64,000 nt of DNA from positions 19,468,001 to 19,532,000 of the forward strand of contig CM022677.1 of NCBI GenBank assembly GCA_012295275.1, read 5' to 3'. A program made the translations under genes and the position numbers. Positions 21,476 to 34,388 of the stretch are shown piece after piece; the stretch's first letter is position 1, and each line of letters opens with the position of its first letter. Origin of the DNA: Chrysomallon squamiferum. Lineage: Eukaryota > Animalia > Mollusca. The notes under the pieces are model-generated. The model made no database searches. It worked only from the letters and a program-made list of their open reading frames with translations, and was not told the origin of the DNA.

Positions 21476-23949
21476 TTACGGGAAAGAAGTTTGATGCTTA
21501 ATTATGTTATAAGTTAAATAGTGGATATAAATATTTTGTAGCTTTGCCGTCGATACAAATAAGCGGGAAAATCTGCTTTCTTCAGTTAACAGAAATAAAA
21601 ATTCTCGAGTGCATTTATTTGCTTTTCACAGTGAAATTGTTAAACTCGTATCTTAGCAACAGTCTAAATCAGTGTTTGCAAACTAAGTGACTGTGTATTT
21701 TAAATATAATGTATTTAAAACAAAATTTGAATCCATTAATGTCAAAGGTCAGTATTCCAGCTATGGGGTATAAGTGAAAATATTAAATAAAATTTGACTT
21801 GTTGTATGAAATACGTCAGTATATAAATACGGGTCTGTTCTAGAAAACATTCTAGAAGTTTTTTGATCAAAGAAGTTTGTCACTTGCTCTATTAGTGAGG
21901 GTGTAGCATCAAAGTTTTTTTTGTTGTTTTTTTTTTCATTTGTTATAGGATGTTTGGTTGTTCATTGATATGAAGTTTGTTTAAAAAAATACAAAAAAAA
22001 ACCTGTTTCTATGGTTGTGTCAAATGAACTTTTAAATTGTCTTTCTTTATATGTGAAATATAGTTATGTATATTTATGTCTGTCAGTGTGTGTGTGTGTG
22101 TGTGTGTTTGCGTATTTTTAAAGCATAATCATTATTATACAAAATTATTTTTTTAATCGTGTTGGTTGGTGCTAAGATTACTTTTTTTAAATTTAATATT
22201 AAAACTGAACACTTTTTAATGTGTTCATTAATTATATTGTTCTATGTGTCTTATTTATTTTTACTTTTGTCTAAAGATTTTTAATTGAATTTAAACAATT
22301 TTCTAGATGCAAATAGTGAACCAAGGCATTATATTTTTGTTAAACTTCTTACCGTTGTTAATGGTTACCATGTTCTTTATTCATGTTATTTTTAAACGTG
22401 TTATTTTTACTTTCTTCAAAGAGTTTTATTAAAATTTTAAAATTTTTTTTAGGTTTAAGCAGAGGAAAGGATGTTGGAATTTTGTTACAAATTGTTATTA
22501 TTGATGACGCTGTTTGATCCAGTTTTTAAAGGTTTCATATTCAAATTCTCATGTTTTATTCTTCTGAATTATTTGTACAAATTAAAATTATATCTTTTGT
22601 TAATAAAAATTTTGTTAAACTGTTTACATTTTATTTTTTTTTTTTTTGTTTGTTTTTCTTAAAATAAGAAATATTTTATTAGCATTCTCATTGTTACTGT
22701 TATTAATTAAATCATTTTAATTAAATAAAGTTAAAACACCATATCACAAAAATCTATTTTAGAATTTGAAATAATCATTTTTCGATTTTTTTAAACTTCT
22801 TTATTTATTTTGTTATTGACTGTGAGCAGAATCTACTTAAGATGTTTCCATAACAAGCAGTTACCTCCCCTGAGTTCACCATGGAATTACAGCTGTGTAT
22901 TATAAAACAGTAAATAACAATTGTAGGTATTAATATTATTTTTTATTTCAATTTTCAGTTTTATGTACAATAAAATTAAACAATGTTGTTAACTTTCCAT
23001 GGGTTAACGAAATTCCTATTATACAGTATGGTGTCACCAAGTTCAAATAAATTAATAATAATAATCATTAAAAAAATAAAAATAATACTAGTAATAATAA
23101 TTACTATTACTACTAATAACAATAAATAATAAATAAATAAATAAATAAATAAATAAGGAAAAAACAAAAGAATCAAAAAAAAATTAAAAATTAAAATATT
23201 GGGTTTCTTAGTTCATTTATGGTAATGATAAAAACAAAAATTTAAAAAGTCCTAAAATAAAAACCCAGTTTTGACTTTGTACTTTTAAAAAAGTCTTAAA
23301 ATAAAAACCCAGTTTTGACTTTGTACAGCTGAGATCATACGTAAGTAAATGTACAAAAATATTATTAATAAGAATTGTGCAGTAATGGGAATGACTTTAG
23401 ACAACAATGTGTGTGTGTGTGTGTGTGTGTATATACATAATAATAATAATAATAATAAAGTAAGAAAAGAATAAAATACAAATAAAAGAATCGCTCAAGA
23501 TTTGGTAATGTTAACTCAAACTTAACTGAGTATTTACTACTGTTAAAATATATTTTATTTTTTTTTTTTAAAATGGGATGGTTGGTTTTTAAAAGCTTAT
23601 TACATCTGTATCTTTGATAAAACAAACTACATTAAAATATACTGCTTCTATTTAACAATTAAAAAAAAAAAAAAAATAATAATAATAATAATACTCAGCT
23701 TGTACAGACTTATTTTACCAAGGCTTCATTTCATTTGACATATACTAAAGTTTGGTTAAACAAAAATATTTATTTATATGTTACAAATATACATCCATTT
23801 TAAAATTCCATAAATTTCACTTGAAATGTTTTGAAACTGCAGTGCCATGTTTATTTAAAAAAATAAAATAACATAAAATAAATAAAAAAGATTTGAAAAA
23901 CTACGATACAAATTTGGATATAAAAAATGTTTACAACTGCAATACCATG

Positions 23950-24337
23950 TAAATAAAAATATTTCTACTGCAAATTCAGATTAAATATATATATTTTTTT
24001 ATATTAAGCCATCCCCCATCCCAAGAAAAGAAAATTAAAAATTAAACTAATTAAATAAATAAATAAATGATAAAAAAAAAAATTCTGTTGTCAGCAGAAG
24101 TTGATGATTTTGAATTAATCACAATCAGCTGTCTAGATATCACTTAAATAAAAATATTTCTACTGCAACTTCAGATTAAATTTTTTATTTTTTTTTATAT
24201 TAAGCCATCCCCCATCCCAAGAACAGAAAATTAAAAATTAAACTAATTAAATAAATAAATAAATGATATAAAAAAAAATCATTTCTGCTGTCAGCAGAGG
24301 TTGATGATTTCGAATTAATCACAATCAGCTGTCTAGA
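23950..24337. repeat. Tandem ~195-bp duplication in the CEP78 3'UTR directly after the stop codon
   Basis: 23950-24138 vs 24145-24337, AAATAAAAATATTTCTACTGCAA..CAATCAGCTGTCTAGA. Confidence 0.92.
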
Positions 24338-24342
24338 CAACG

Positions 24343-24573
24343 TCAGATATCTTCTTCACTTAAAGTAATCTGCGCAGCTGGCGAAGACAAGCTCCTCTGC
24401 AGGTCGTCGTCGCCAAGGCGAATGACCTCGCCTCGTTCACTGATGTACGACTGGTCGAAGCTGTCCATGCTGTAGTTGAAGTCGCTCATGCGCGACGCGC
24501 GATGTTCGGGTGATTCCCGGTCGTGCGCCGATGTTGTTGCTATGCTGTGGTCGCTGACGCTCTTCTCGGAAAC
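24343..24573 (-). CDS. CEP78: CEP78 terminal coding exon (VSEKSVSD..LSEEDI*)
   Basis: Acceptor TTTTCTCTTCAG|GTT, phase 0, open to TGA; GC-rich coding island; assigned by position in the exon chain. Confidence 0.8.
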   Translation of the reverse strand, partial: VSEKSVSDHSIATTSAHDRESPEHRASRMSDFNYSMDSFDQSYISERGEVIRLGDDDLQRSLSSPAAQITLSEEDI

Positions 24574-24855
24574 CTGAAGAGAAAAATAAGTAAACAAAGA
24601 AACAAAGAAAATAAAACAGTAAGTATATAAATAAATAAATAAATAAATAACCAAATAAATAACCAAATAAATAAATATATAAATAAATAAAATAAAATAA
24701 AAAAAATATATATATGTTTTTATGTATGTCTGTTATTGTGTGTTCACATATATACATATATATATATATTTTATATATTTTTGAATTAAAAACTCCCAAA
24801 AATTAATATTAATAATAAATAACAATAATTTAAAAAAAAAAAAAATAATATTCTA

Positions 24856-24956
<101 letters not shown>

Positions 24957-25325
24957 AAGTCAATGTTGAAAAACTACATGAAAATCTAACTTTTATACTA
25001 AATATGACATAAAAAAAAAAATAGGCTGACATTATAACCCGAATGACCCTGCTGACCTTTGAACTCTTGACCCCATTGTTTTCACTGGTTTCTGTTTTGT
25101 CTGTGATTCTTCTGTCTGTCTGTGCCAAATCAGCTTGTTTCATCTGCTCATTGTTCAAGTCCTGACTGAAATCCTAAAACACACAAAAAAAAAAAAAAAC
25201 ATGTAAATTTAAAAAAAAAAATTAAAAAAAAAGAAGACAAAAACCCCCATAAATTTAAAAAAAAACAGGACAAAAAAATTTTTTTTTTTTTTTTTTTTAA
25301 ATAATTGAAAAAGAAACAAATACAT

Positions 25326-25379
<54 letters not shown>

Positions 25380-25537
25380 GTGTCTTAACAAATAACAACA
25401 AACAACACAAAAACCACAAAGGTGAGAGAAAAAAAAAAAAAACCCACCCCCTCCTCTTTTCAAAAACCAACCAAAAACGTCTCCAACCCACCACCGAGAA
25501 AACCCCCCCAAAAAATCCCATTCCAACTCTGTCTCAC

Positions 25538-25774
25538 CTGCGACTCGTCAAACATGGACATGTTTGTGGGTTTGATGGGAGAGGGGTGGGGGGCTTCGAA
25601 CCCAGGCCCCTGTGTGGCTGAAGACAGCGTTGGCCCTGCGCGACGTTCTCTCGAACAGGTCGTCAGGCTTCCTCTGCCTCGCATCGTTGACAGCATCGTC
25701 GTCAACATCGTTGTACTTCATTGTCGGGTCTTTGAGGTGTGCGTTGCCTGGACGAATGTTGTTTCCTGCAACAC
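25538..25774 (-). CDS. CEP78: CEP78 internal exon (GVAGNNIRPGN..MSMFDESQ), apparent frameshift as assembled
   Basis: Acceptor TTTACTCAG, donor CAG|GTGAGA; GC-rich; length 237 does not fit phase 1 to phase 0. Confidence 0.65.
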
Positions 25775-25784
25775 CTGAGTAAAA

Positions 25785-26165
25785 TTATAGAACAACAATC
25801 TGATGTAAATAATAAAGTTTTTTAAAGTTATAGAACAACAATCTGATGTAAATAATAAAGTTTTAAAGTCCTAGAACAACAATCTGATGTAAATAATAAA
25901 GTTTTAAAGTTATAGAACAACAATCTGATGTAAATAATAAAGTTTTAAAGTTATAGAACAACAATCTGATGTAAATAATAAAGTTTTTTAAAGTTATAGA
26001 ACAACAATCTGATGTAAATAATAAAGTTTTTTAAAATTATAGAACAACAATCTGATGTAAATAATAAAGTTTTTTAAAGTTACAGAACAACACACTGATG
26101 TAAATAATAAAGTTTTAAAATTATAGAACAACAATCTGATGTAAATAACAATGTTTTTTTTAAAG
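25785..26165. repeat. 41-43-bp minisatellite, 9 units, abutting a CEP78 acceptor
   Basis: Unit TTATAGAACAACAATCTGATGTAAATAATAAAGTTTT(TT)AAAG. Confidence 0.95.
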
Positions 26166-26497
26166 ATAATAGTGATAGTAAATTACTAAGTTACTATTAC
26201 TGCCTTCTTACTGTTGGTATTATTACTATTGTTACTACCACGATTGCTAATATTTTATTACTAATACGATTACATTACTAATACTATTACATTACTACTA
26301 GTACCTTAAATATTACTACCATTACTGTATGATTATTATTACTACTACTACTACATTACTACTACCACTATTACAAATATTCCTGCTACTACATTAGTAG
26401 TATTGCATTATTACACTTACTAATATTACTAAAACCACTACGTTACTAATAATACTACTACTTACACCACTACAGGTGCTAGTACTATAATTATACT

Positions 26498-26549
<52 letters not shown>

Positions 26550-26631
26550 GTAATAACAATGATAACTGATAATTAATAATATCAATGATAATAACAACAA
26601 CAATAATGATAATAATAATAAAAAAGAATGG

Positions 26632-26674
<43 letters not shown>

Positions 26675-26770
26675 GGTAATAATAATGATAGTGATAATGA
26701 TAATAATAATGATAATGATAATAATAATGATAATGATAATAATATAATAATAATACTAATGATAATGATA

Positions 26771-26802
<32 letters not shown>

Positions 26803-26877
26803 GATAATAATAACGATAATAATAATAATAATTATAATAATGACAATGATAAAAATAATGATAAAAATAATGATAAC

Positions 26878-26927
<50 letters not shown>

Positions 26928-26945
26928 CAAAGATAATAAAATTAC

Positions 26946-27369
26946 CTGAACCAACGAACAAGGGGGCCTCCTCCTCAAAGGATCCGAAGGACACCGACAC
27001 CCCCCCATTCTTGGTGTCTCCCCCAGCGACGACCGGCTTCCCCCCGCCCCCTCGCCGCACCCCCCGTAAATGCTGCCGACGACCATCGGGCTGGAGAACT
27101 TCCCGTTCCGACCACCGACTCCCTCCATCCCCATTTTGCTTCCGAGGCCGTTGGCGAAGCTCTTCTCGCTGATGCCGCTGAAGCTGTTGATGTGCCTGGC
27201 GACGCTGTTGCTGTCGAAGGTCATCTTGCTGTTGCTGTGATGCGATGATGGTGCTGTTGCTGCTGCTGCTGTTTGTGGTCCGTTCGTGATGGCGTCTGGA
27301 ATGTTTGTGAGGGAGGAGAATGGAATAAGACTCTGGTCCAGACCTGCCATTGTTATCAGCTGTCCCAGA
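26946..27369 (-). CDS. CEP78: CEP78 internal exon (LGQLITMAGLDQS..), probable 1-nt frameshift in G-runs near 27040-27066
   Basis: AG|LGQLITMAGLDQS matches human AGLGQLATMAGIDQS; acceptor TTTCAG, donor CAG|GTAATT. Confidence 0.8.
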
Positions 27370-27431
27370 CTGAAATTGTTTGAAATTAAAAAAAAAAAAA
27401 ATATATATAAAAATATATATATATATACATA

Positions 27432-27517
<86 letters not shown>

Positions 27518-27704
27518 CCTATATCTATATCTATACATATATATCTATATAGATATATATTTAGAATTTAATAAGACAAATTAAATTAATTAAATGAAAA
27601 ATGAAAAAAAAAAAAAAAAAGAAAGAAAAATTAGGTAAATGCAAAAGATTAATAATAAATAAAAATGAAATGAAATAAGAAAAGAAAAATAATATAGGTA
27701 AAAA

Positions 27705-27811
<107 letters not shown>

Positions 27812-28126
27812 AACCCAGAGACAGAAAAATGAAATAGACTTTAAAATATAAATTAGTACTTCTGAATGAAGGGAAATAACTCTTGTAGGAATGGCTCTCC
27901 ACTTCAAACTTTATAACAATTTTTTCACACAGATATCTTTACACAGATATCTTCCCAGATAAAAATAATAATAAAAAACAAAAAAAACCCTCATTTAATA
28001 ATTCTAAATTAATCAGTATTATGAAAACTTATAAAACAATCATATTTTTTTTTTTTTTTTTTTTTTTGTTATTTTTTTTTTTTTAAGGTGAATACTGTGG
28101 GGTGATGGGTGTGGTGTTTTTCTTAC

Positions 28127-28275
28127 CCAGCTTCTTCCAGCATGTCTAGGAAGGTGTGGAACTGTTTGAATGAGGCTTCCACGCTCGCCAACATTTTCGG
28201 GTCCTCAGAGCTGAGCAGAACTTGCTGTCTGAGTCGACTGTTCTCACTTTTCAGAATTTTATTGTCAACACTGAG
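28127..28275 (-). CDS. CEP78: CEP78 exon (LSVDNKILKSEN..SVEASFKQFHTFLDMLEEAG)
   Basis: Matches the conserved CEP78 motif [20 protein letters not shown]; acceptor TACAG, donor GG|GTAAGA; phases fit the neighbouring exons. Confidence 0.9.
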
Positions 28276-28493
28276 CTGTACGTAAACAAATAAAAAATAG
28301 AAAGAAAAAAAAAGAATGATGATAAGAGAAGATAAATAAATAAATAAATAAATATATAAATAAGTAAATAAATAAATAAATAAATAAAAAAAAAAATAAA
28401 TAAATAAATAAATAAATAAATAAGTAAATAAAAAAATAATAAATAAATAAATTAATAAAAAAATAAAAAATAAAAATAAATAAATAAATAAAA

Positions 28494-28524
<31 letters not shown>

Positions 28525-28619
28525 ATTAAAATAACTAAGTAAACATAAATAAATAAAAAAAAAATAAATAAATAAGTAAAATAAATAATAAATAAATAAT
28601 ATAGAATAATGTTTAACAA

Positions 28620-28856
28620 AACATTTACTGTTTACATAAAAAATATTTACATCTGTTTACCTACAAAATGTTTACTTTATTGTTTACCAACACAATGTTT
28701 ACATCTACTGTATACCTACAAAGTTTTACTTCTACTGTTTACCTACAAAATGTTTACATACATTGTTTACCTGTAAAAATGTTTACATCTACTGTTTACC
28801 TGTAAAAATGTTTACTTCTACTGTTTACATACAGAATGTTTACATCTATTGTTTAC
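28620..28856 (-). repeat. Degenerate ~28-bp minisatellite beginning at a CEP78 donor site
   Basis: Plus-strand unit AAAATGTTTACATCTACTGTTTACCT(A/G)(C/T). Confidence 0.85.
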
Positions 28857-28934
28857 CTGTAACATTTGTTCTTCGAGTCTCACTCTTGTCTTTCTTTCTT
28901 CTTCGAGCTGACGTTTGTTCTGTTCCAGTTCAAT
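28857..28934 (-). CDS. CEP78: CEP78 coiled-coil exon (IELEQNKRQLEEERKTRVRLEEQMLQ)
   Basis: Acceptor ATTCAG, donor CAG|GTAAAC, 78 nt, phase 0-0; resembles human LEECLKQLKEERVIRL. Confidence 0.85.
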
Positions 28935-29279
28935 CTGAATTTTAAATAAAAACAAACATCAATAACAACAACTACAACATTAAATTTAACAATAATGACA
29001 GTGTATCATACCGCTTTCTTTGAAAGTTTCCTTAAGCTCAACTTTTTAATTTACATATTCACTACAATCTTTTTCTACTCTTTCTTGATAAACAGTAAAC
29101 ATTTACTATCAGTTTTTCTCATCAACTGTAATCACACCCAATCAATTCTTTTCATCAACAGTACGCACTTAGCATCAACCTTTTCATCAACAGTAAATAT
29201 TCACCATCAACTTTTTCCTCAGCTTCGCCATAAATTCATCAACAGTAAATATTCATCAACTGTATTCATCGACAGCAAA

Positions 29280-30198
29280 TACTCACCATCAACTCTTTTC
29301 TTTAAATTGCTATCTTTTGCCATCAACTGATTTTCTTCAATTTCAAACACATCAACTGCACACTCACCATCAACTGATTTTCATCAATTTCAAACACATC
29401 AAACTCTGCGTCATCAACTGTACACACTCATCATCAACTTCAAACACATCAACTGTACAAACACATCAACTGATTTTCATCTAATTTCAAACACATCAAC
29501 TGTACACATTCACCATCAACTGATTTTCATCAACATCAAACTCTCAGTCATCAACTGCACACACTCACCATCGACTGATTTTCATCAATTTCAAACACAT
29601 CAACTGCACACTCACCTTTGATTTTCATCAATTTCAAACACATCAACTGCACACCCTCACCATCAACTGATTTTCATCTACTTCAAACACATCAACTGTA
29701 CACACTCACCATCGACTGATTTTCATCAATTTCAAACACATCAACTGCACACACTCACCATCGACTGATTTTCATCAACTTCAAACACATCAACTGCACA
29801 CACTCACCATCGACTGATTTTCATCAACTTCAAACACATCAACTGCACACACTCACCATCGACTGATTTTCATCAATTTCAAACACATCAACTGCACTTT
29901 TTTTCATCTAATTGTAAACACATCAACTGCCACACACACCACTGATTTTCATCAACTTCAAACACATCAACTGCACTCACCATCAACTCTTTTCTTTAAA
30001 ACACATAATCACACACTCACCATCAACTGATTTTCATCAACTTCAAACACATCAACTGCACACACTCACCATCAACTGATTTTCATCAACTTCAAATTGC
30101 AATCTACTGATTTTCATCAACTTCAAACACATCAACTGCACACACTCACCATCGACTGATTTTCATCAACTTCAAACACATCAACTGAACACACTCAC
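29280..30198. repeat. 49-bp minisatellite (~18 partly degenerate units) containing the CEP78 exon/intron junction
   Basis: Unit CACACTCACCATC(A/G)ACTGATTTTCATCAACTTCAAACACATCAACTGCA; period 49 at 29701, 29750, 29799, 29848. Confidence 0.93.
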
Positions 30199-30403
30199 CA
30201 TCAACTCTTTCAGCTGCTTCTCGTCAATGGACAGTCCACTCAGGTCCAGCATCTTCAGATTGGGAAACGTCTCCGTTTCGTTCAGAGTGCTCTCCTCCTG
30301 GTCGATGAGTACGGACGCACTCTGGTTGAGCGGAAACGTTGAGTCGTTCTCGCTGAGTTCTTCCAGACTCAACATGCCTGGCACATGGTCTGGAGGGAAG
30401 CCT
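30199..30403 (-). CDS. CEP78: CEP78 exon (RGFPPDHVPGMLSLEE..QLKELM)
   Basis: Continues the RYR-GFP motif (human RHRGFP); acceptor TTTACAG, donor ATG|GTGAGT; phase 2 to phase 0. Confidence 0.88.
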
Positions 30404-30852
30404 CTGTAAAGTAAGTAAGTGAGTAAGTAAGTAAATTAAGTGAGTAAGTAAGTAAGTAAGTAAATTAAGTGAGTAATCAAGTAAGTAAGTAAATTAAGTG
30501 AGTAATCAAGTAAGTAAACAAGTAAATTAAGTAAGTGAGTAAGTAAGTAAACAAGTAAGTAAGTAAATAAGTAAGTAAATTAAGTAAGTAAATAGGTAAG
30601 TAAGCAAGTAAGTAAGTAAATAAGCAAATAAGTAAATAAATAAATAAATAAGTAAAATAAATAAAAATAATAAGTAAGAAAGTAAGTAAAAAAAAGTAAG
30701 TAAGTAAGTAAGTAAATAAGTAAGTAAGTAAGTAAGTGAGTAAGTAAGTAAGTAAAGAAATAAATAAGTAAATAAATAAGTATATAAAAAAGTATATAAA
30801 CACAATAAGGAAATAAATAAAGAAAGTAAATAAATAAATAAATAAAGTAAAA

Positions 30853-30883
<31 letters not shown>

Positions 30884-31895
30884 AAAAATAAATAAATAAG
30901 TAAATAAATAAAAGTAAAATAAATAAATAAAAAATAAGTAAGTAAATAAAAAATAAATAAATAAATAAAATAAATAAATAAATAAAGTAAAATAAATAAA
31001 TAAATAAATAAATAAAATAAATAAATAAATAAAAAAGTAAAATAAATAAATAAAAAGAAAATAAATAAAAATAAATAAATAAAGTAAAATAAATAAATAA
31101 ATAAAAATAAATAAATAAATAAAAAAAAATAAATAAAATCAATGAATAAATAAAATAAATAAATAAAAACAAATAAATAAATAAATAAAAAAAAAAAAAA
31201 AATAAAATAAAATAAAATAAATAAAAAAAAAAATAAATAAATAAATAAATAAAATAAATAAATAAATAAAAGTTTAATAAAAATAAATAAAAATAAATAA
31301 AATAAAAAATAAAAAATAAATAAATAAAAAAAAATAAATAAAAAAAAGAAATTATAAATAAAAGAAAATGTAAATAAATATAAACAAAAAAAAAAAAAGT
31401 AAAACAAATCAAATAAAAAAGAAACTGAACAAATAAATAAAAGAATGACAAAAGTACACACACACACACACACAAACCTTGCCAAAACTTGCACACAAAA
31501 AAGACAGACAAGAAAGACAGACACCAAAAACAATGGCACAAACAAAATTTATATAAAGTAATAAGAAAGAAAAAAACGACTCAATAAAAATAAAAAAAAA
31601 AAAAAAAATATAACAAACAAATAAATAAATCAAAAATTAAAAGACAAACAACAAAAAAAGGAAACAAACAAAATTTAAATAACAAAAACCAAAATCATTG
31701 AATAATAATCAAAATAATAATAATAATAACAATAAAAATAACAAAAACAATAATAATAACAATAATAATAATAACAATAACAATAATAATAACAACAATA
31801 ATCAAAATAATAACAATAACAATAACAATAACAATAATAATAAAAAAAACAAAATTAATTAATTAATTAATTAACAGGTAAAAATTAAAACTCAC

Positions 31896-32008
31896 CTGTA
31901 TCTATTGGCCCGGGCAGCAGTTCTCCATGGATACCCAGGTGTCACAGGAATACTGCTGGTCGGTGTACCCGACATCTTGGCCCTTCTGCGACCTGACCCG
32001 TGACTTAT
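31896..32008 (-). CDS. CEP78: CEP78 exon (ISHGSGRRRAK..PGYPWRTAARANRY)
   Basis: PWRTAARA matches the conserved CEP78 PWRTAERA; acceptor CTGCAG, donor AG|GTGAGT. Confidence 0.9.
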
Positions 32009-32670
32009 CTGCAGAGGTCAAAGTTCAAACCAGTATTACTCTTTTTTTTGTAATTTCCACAGCATTTGCAGAGCACCAAAGTAATTTCAGTTTATAAAAT
32101 AACACGAATGTCAAAATTAAACGGATTTTTGATATACAATATAAATATTAAAATTGAAATTTTACTCTGTTTTTTTTTTAATTGTATTTTTTCTTTTTAT
32201 AATCTAGTCTTCCTAACCTTCCTTGGGCCATGCCACCCCTATTTCACCCTCTGGCACAGAAACCCTACCCAAGTTCTAAAAACCTCTAGTATAATCACAC
32301 TGATTAATATGTATATTGCATATAAAACAAGTCTTGTGTTATTTAACAATTTACTTATTCTGCACGGCACAATTTCCTAGGCCACTGATGTTAATGGATT
32401 CAGAAGAGTTTGTTCTTAATACAAAATATTCAAACAAATAAAAATGAACAAAAAATAATACTGGTAAATGATAAAGAAAGAAGCAGTATGTAACATAAAT
32501 GAAATGAACTACCCCCTCCTTTGTGTTCTGTCTGCCCACACATTCAGTGTGTGCCTCATTTTGGAATACGCTGATTTACGTAACATTAGAAGTCAAAACT
32601 GACATGTAATTTCAACATGCTCTTCTTAATTGTCACAATAAAGAAAGAATTATATAATGAAAATAAATAA

Positions 32671-32716
<46 letters not shown>

Positions 32717-32980
32717 AATAATAAATATAATCAAAATAATAATAAATATAATAATATAATAACAATAATATTAATAATAATAATATAATAATACAATAAA
32801 AAATAATAATAAATATAAAAATAATAACAATAACAATAATAATAAATACAATAATAATAAACATAATAAAACATAATAATAATAAATATAATAATAATAA
32901 ATATGTATAAAAAAATAATAAACAAAACAAAATTAAAATATTTAAATAAGAAATACAGATAACAAATGTGTAAAGTTTAC

Positions 32981-33092
32981 TCTGATTGTTGTTTTTTTTT
33001 CACGACGCTGTGGTTCAAGCCCAAAATAAAACAGATGTGGGCGTTGTTTACTCTGATTGATCAACCGGCTCCTCGGCCTTTATCCACTTGTA
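32981..33092 (-). CDS. CEP78: CEP78 exon (YKWIKAEEPVD..LNHSVVKK..TTIR), internally corrupted as assembled
   Basis: Start matches human EYQWI and end matches KATIRI; acceptor TATTTCAG, donor AGA|GTAAAC; internal TAA and frame jumps. Confidence 0.6.
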
Positions 33093-33340
33093 CTGAAATA
33101 AGTAAACAAACAAATAATAAATAAATAAATACATAAATAAATAAATACATAATAATAAATAAATAAGTAAATAAATAAGTAAATAATAAATAAATAAATA
33201 ACTAATTTTGATTGTTGTTTTGCTAAATAAATAATTAAATAAATAATAATAAATAAATAAAGTTTAAATAAATAAATAAATAAATAATAATAAATAAATA
33301 AGTAAATAAAATAAGTAAATAAATAATAATAAATAAATAA

Positions 33341-33372
<32 letters not shown>

Positions 33373-33462
33373 AAATAAATAAGTTTTAAATAAGTAAATA
33401 AATAATAATAAATAAATAAATAAATAAACAAATAAATAAATAATAATAAATAAATCAACCGG

Positions 33463-33502
<40 letters not shown>

Positions 33503-33551
33503 AATAAATAAATAAATAAATAAAAAAAATAATAAATAATAAATAAACAAA

Positions 33552-33582
<31 letters not shown>

Positions 33583-33663
33583 AAATACAAAATAAAAAAA
33601 TAAATAAATAAAAAAAAATAAATAAAAAAAATAAATAAATAAATAAATAAATAAATAAATACA

Positions 33664-33702
<39 letters not shown>

Positions 33703-33739
33703 ACAAAAAAATAAATAATAAATAAATAATAATATATAA

Positions 33740-33771
<32 letters not shown>

Positions 33772-33773
33772 AA

Positions 33774-33808
<35 letters not shown>

Positions 33809-34323
33809 AATAAATAAATAAATAAATAAAAAAAAATAAAATAAAAAAATAAAAAATAAATAAATAAACAAACAAATAAACAAATAAACAACTAAAAAAA
33901 CAAATAAATAAGCATTAAACAATACAAATAAAGTAAAATAAAACAGAATAAATACAAAAAAAAAAAATAAAAAAATAAAAATATACATTTAGGAAAAAAA
34001 AATAAAATTAAGGTAAGTAATAAATGATAAAAAAAAATAAAAATAAAATAAATATAGAAACAAGAATAAATACACAGCAACATTTTCAGAAAAAACACAT
34101 TTTTCAACATTCAGGGGACCTAACTACAAATGCTTAATAACGTGAAACCTTCGAGTTACCTCCCTTACACCATAAACACTATGTCCATTAATTACGTGTA
34201 ATAATAATAACAGTTACTATTCTAAAATAATTGTTTTACATTGCTTACAATATCTAAATATCATTGAATTAGATTAAATTTTTGTTTTAATTATATGAGA
34301 CAGTAAGTAACCATGGAAACAAC

Positions 34324-34388
34324 CTCAGTGTCCTGTCCATTGCTGTTGACCATCAGCTGTTCAAGAATACTGTGTAGAACATTTCTGT
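34324..34388 (-). CDS. CEP78: CEP78 exon (DRNVLHSILEQLMVNSNGQDTE)
   Basis: Follows KNPLI-D as in human (DHSMMKAVIKKVLQN..SE); acceptor CTTTCAG, GT donor; phase 1 to phase 0. Confidence 0.85.

Noticed and set aside
30477-31545. 354-aa and 321-aa ORFs, and similar poly-FIYL, ER, LS, CV, HT, I/N/Y ORFs across the window
   Set aside because: Translations of (TTTA)n, (AG)n, (AC)n and (AAT)n microsatellites that lack stops by composition.
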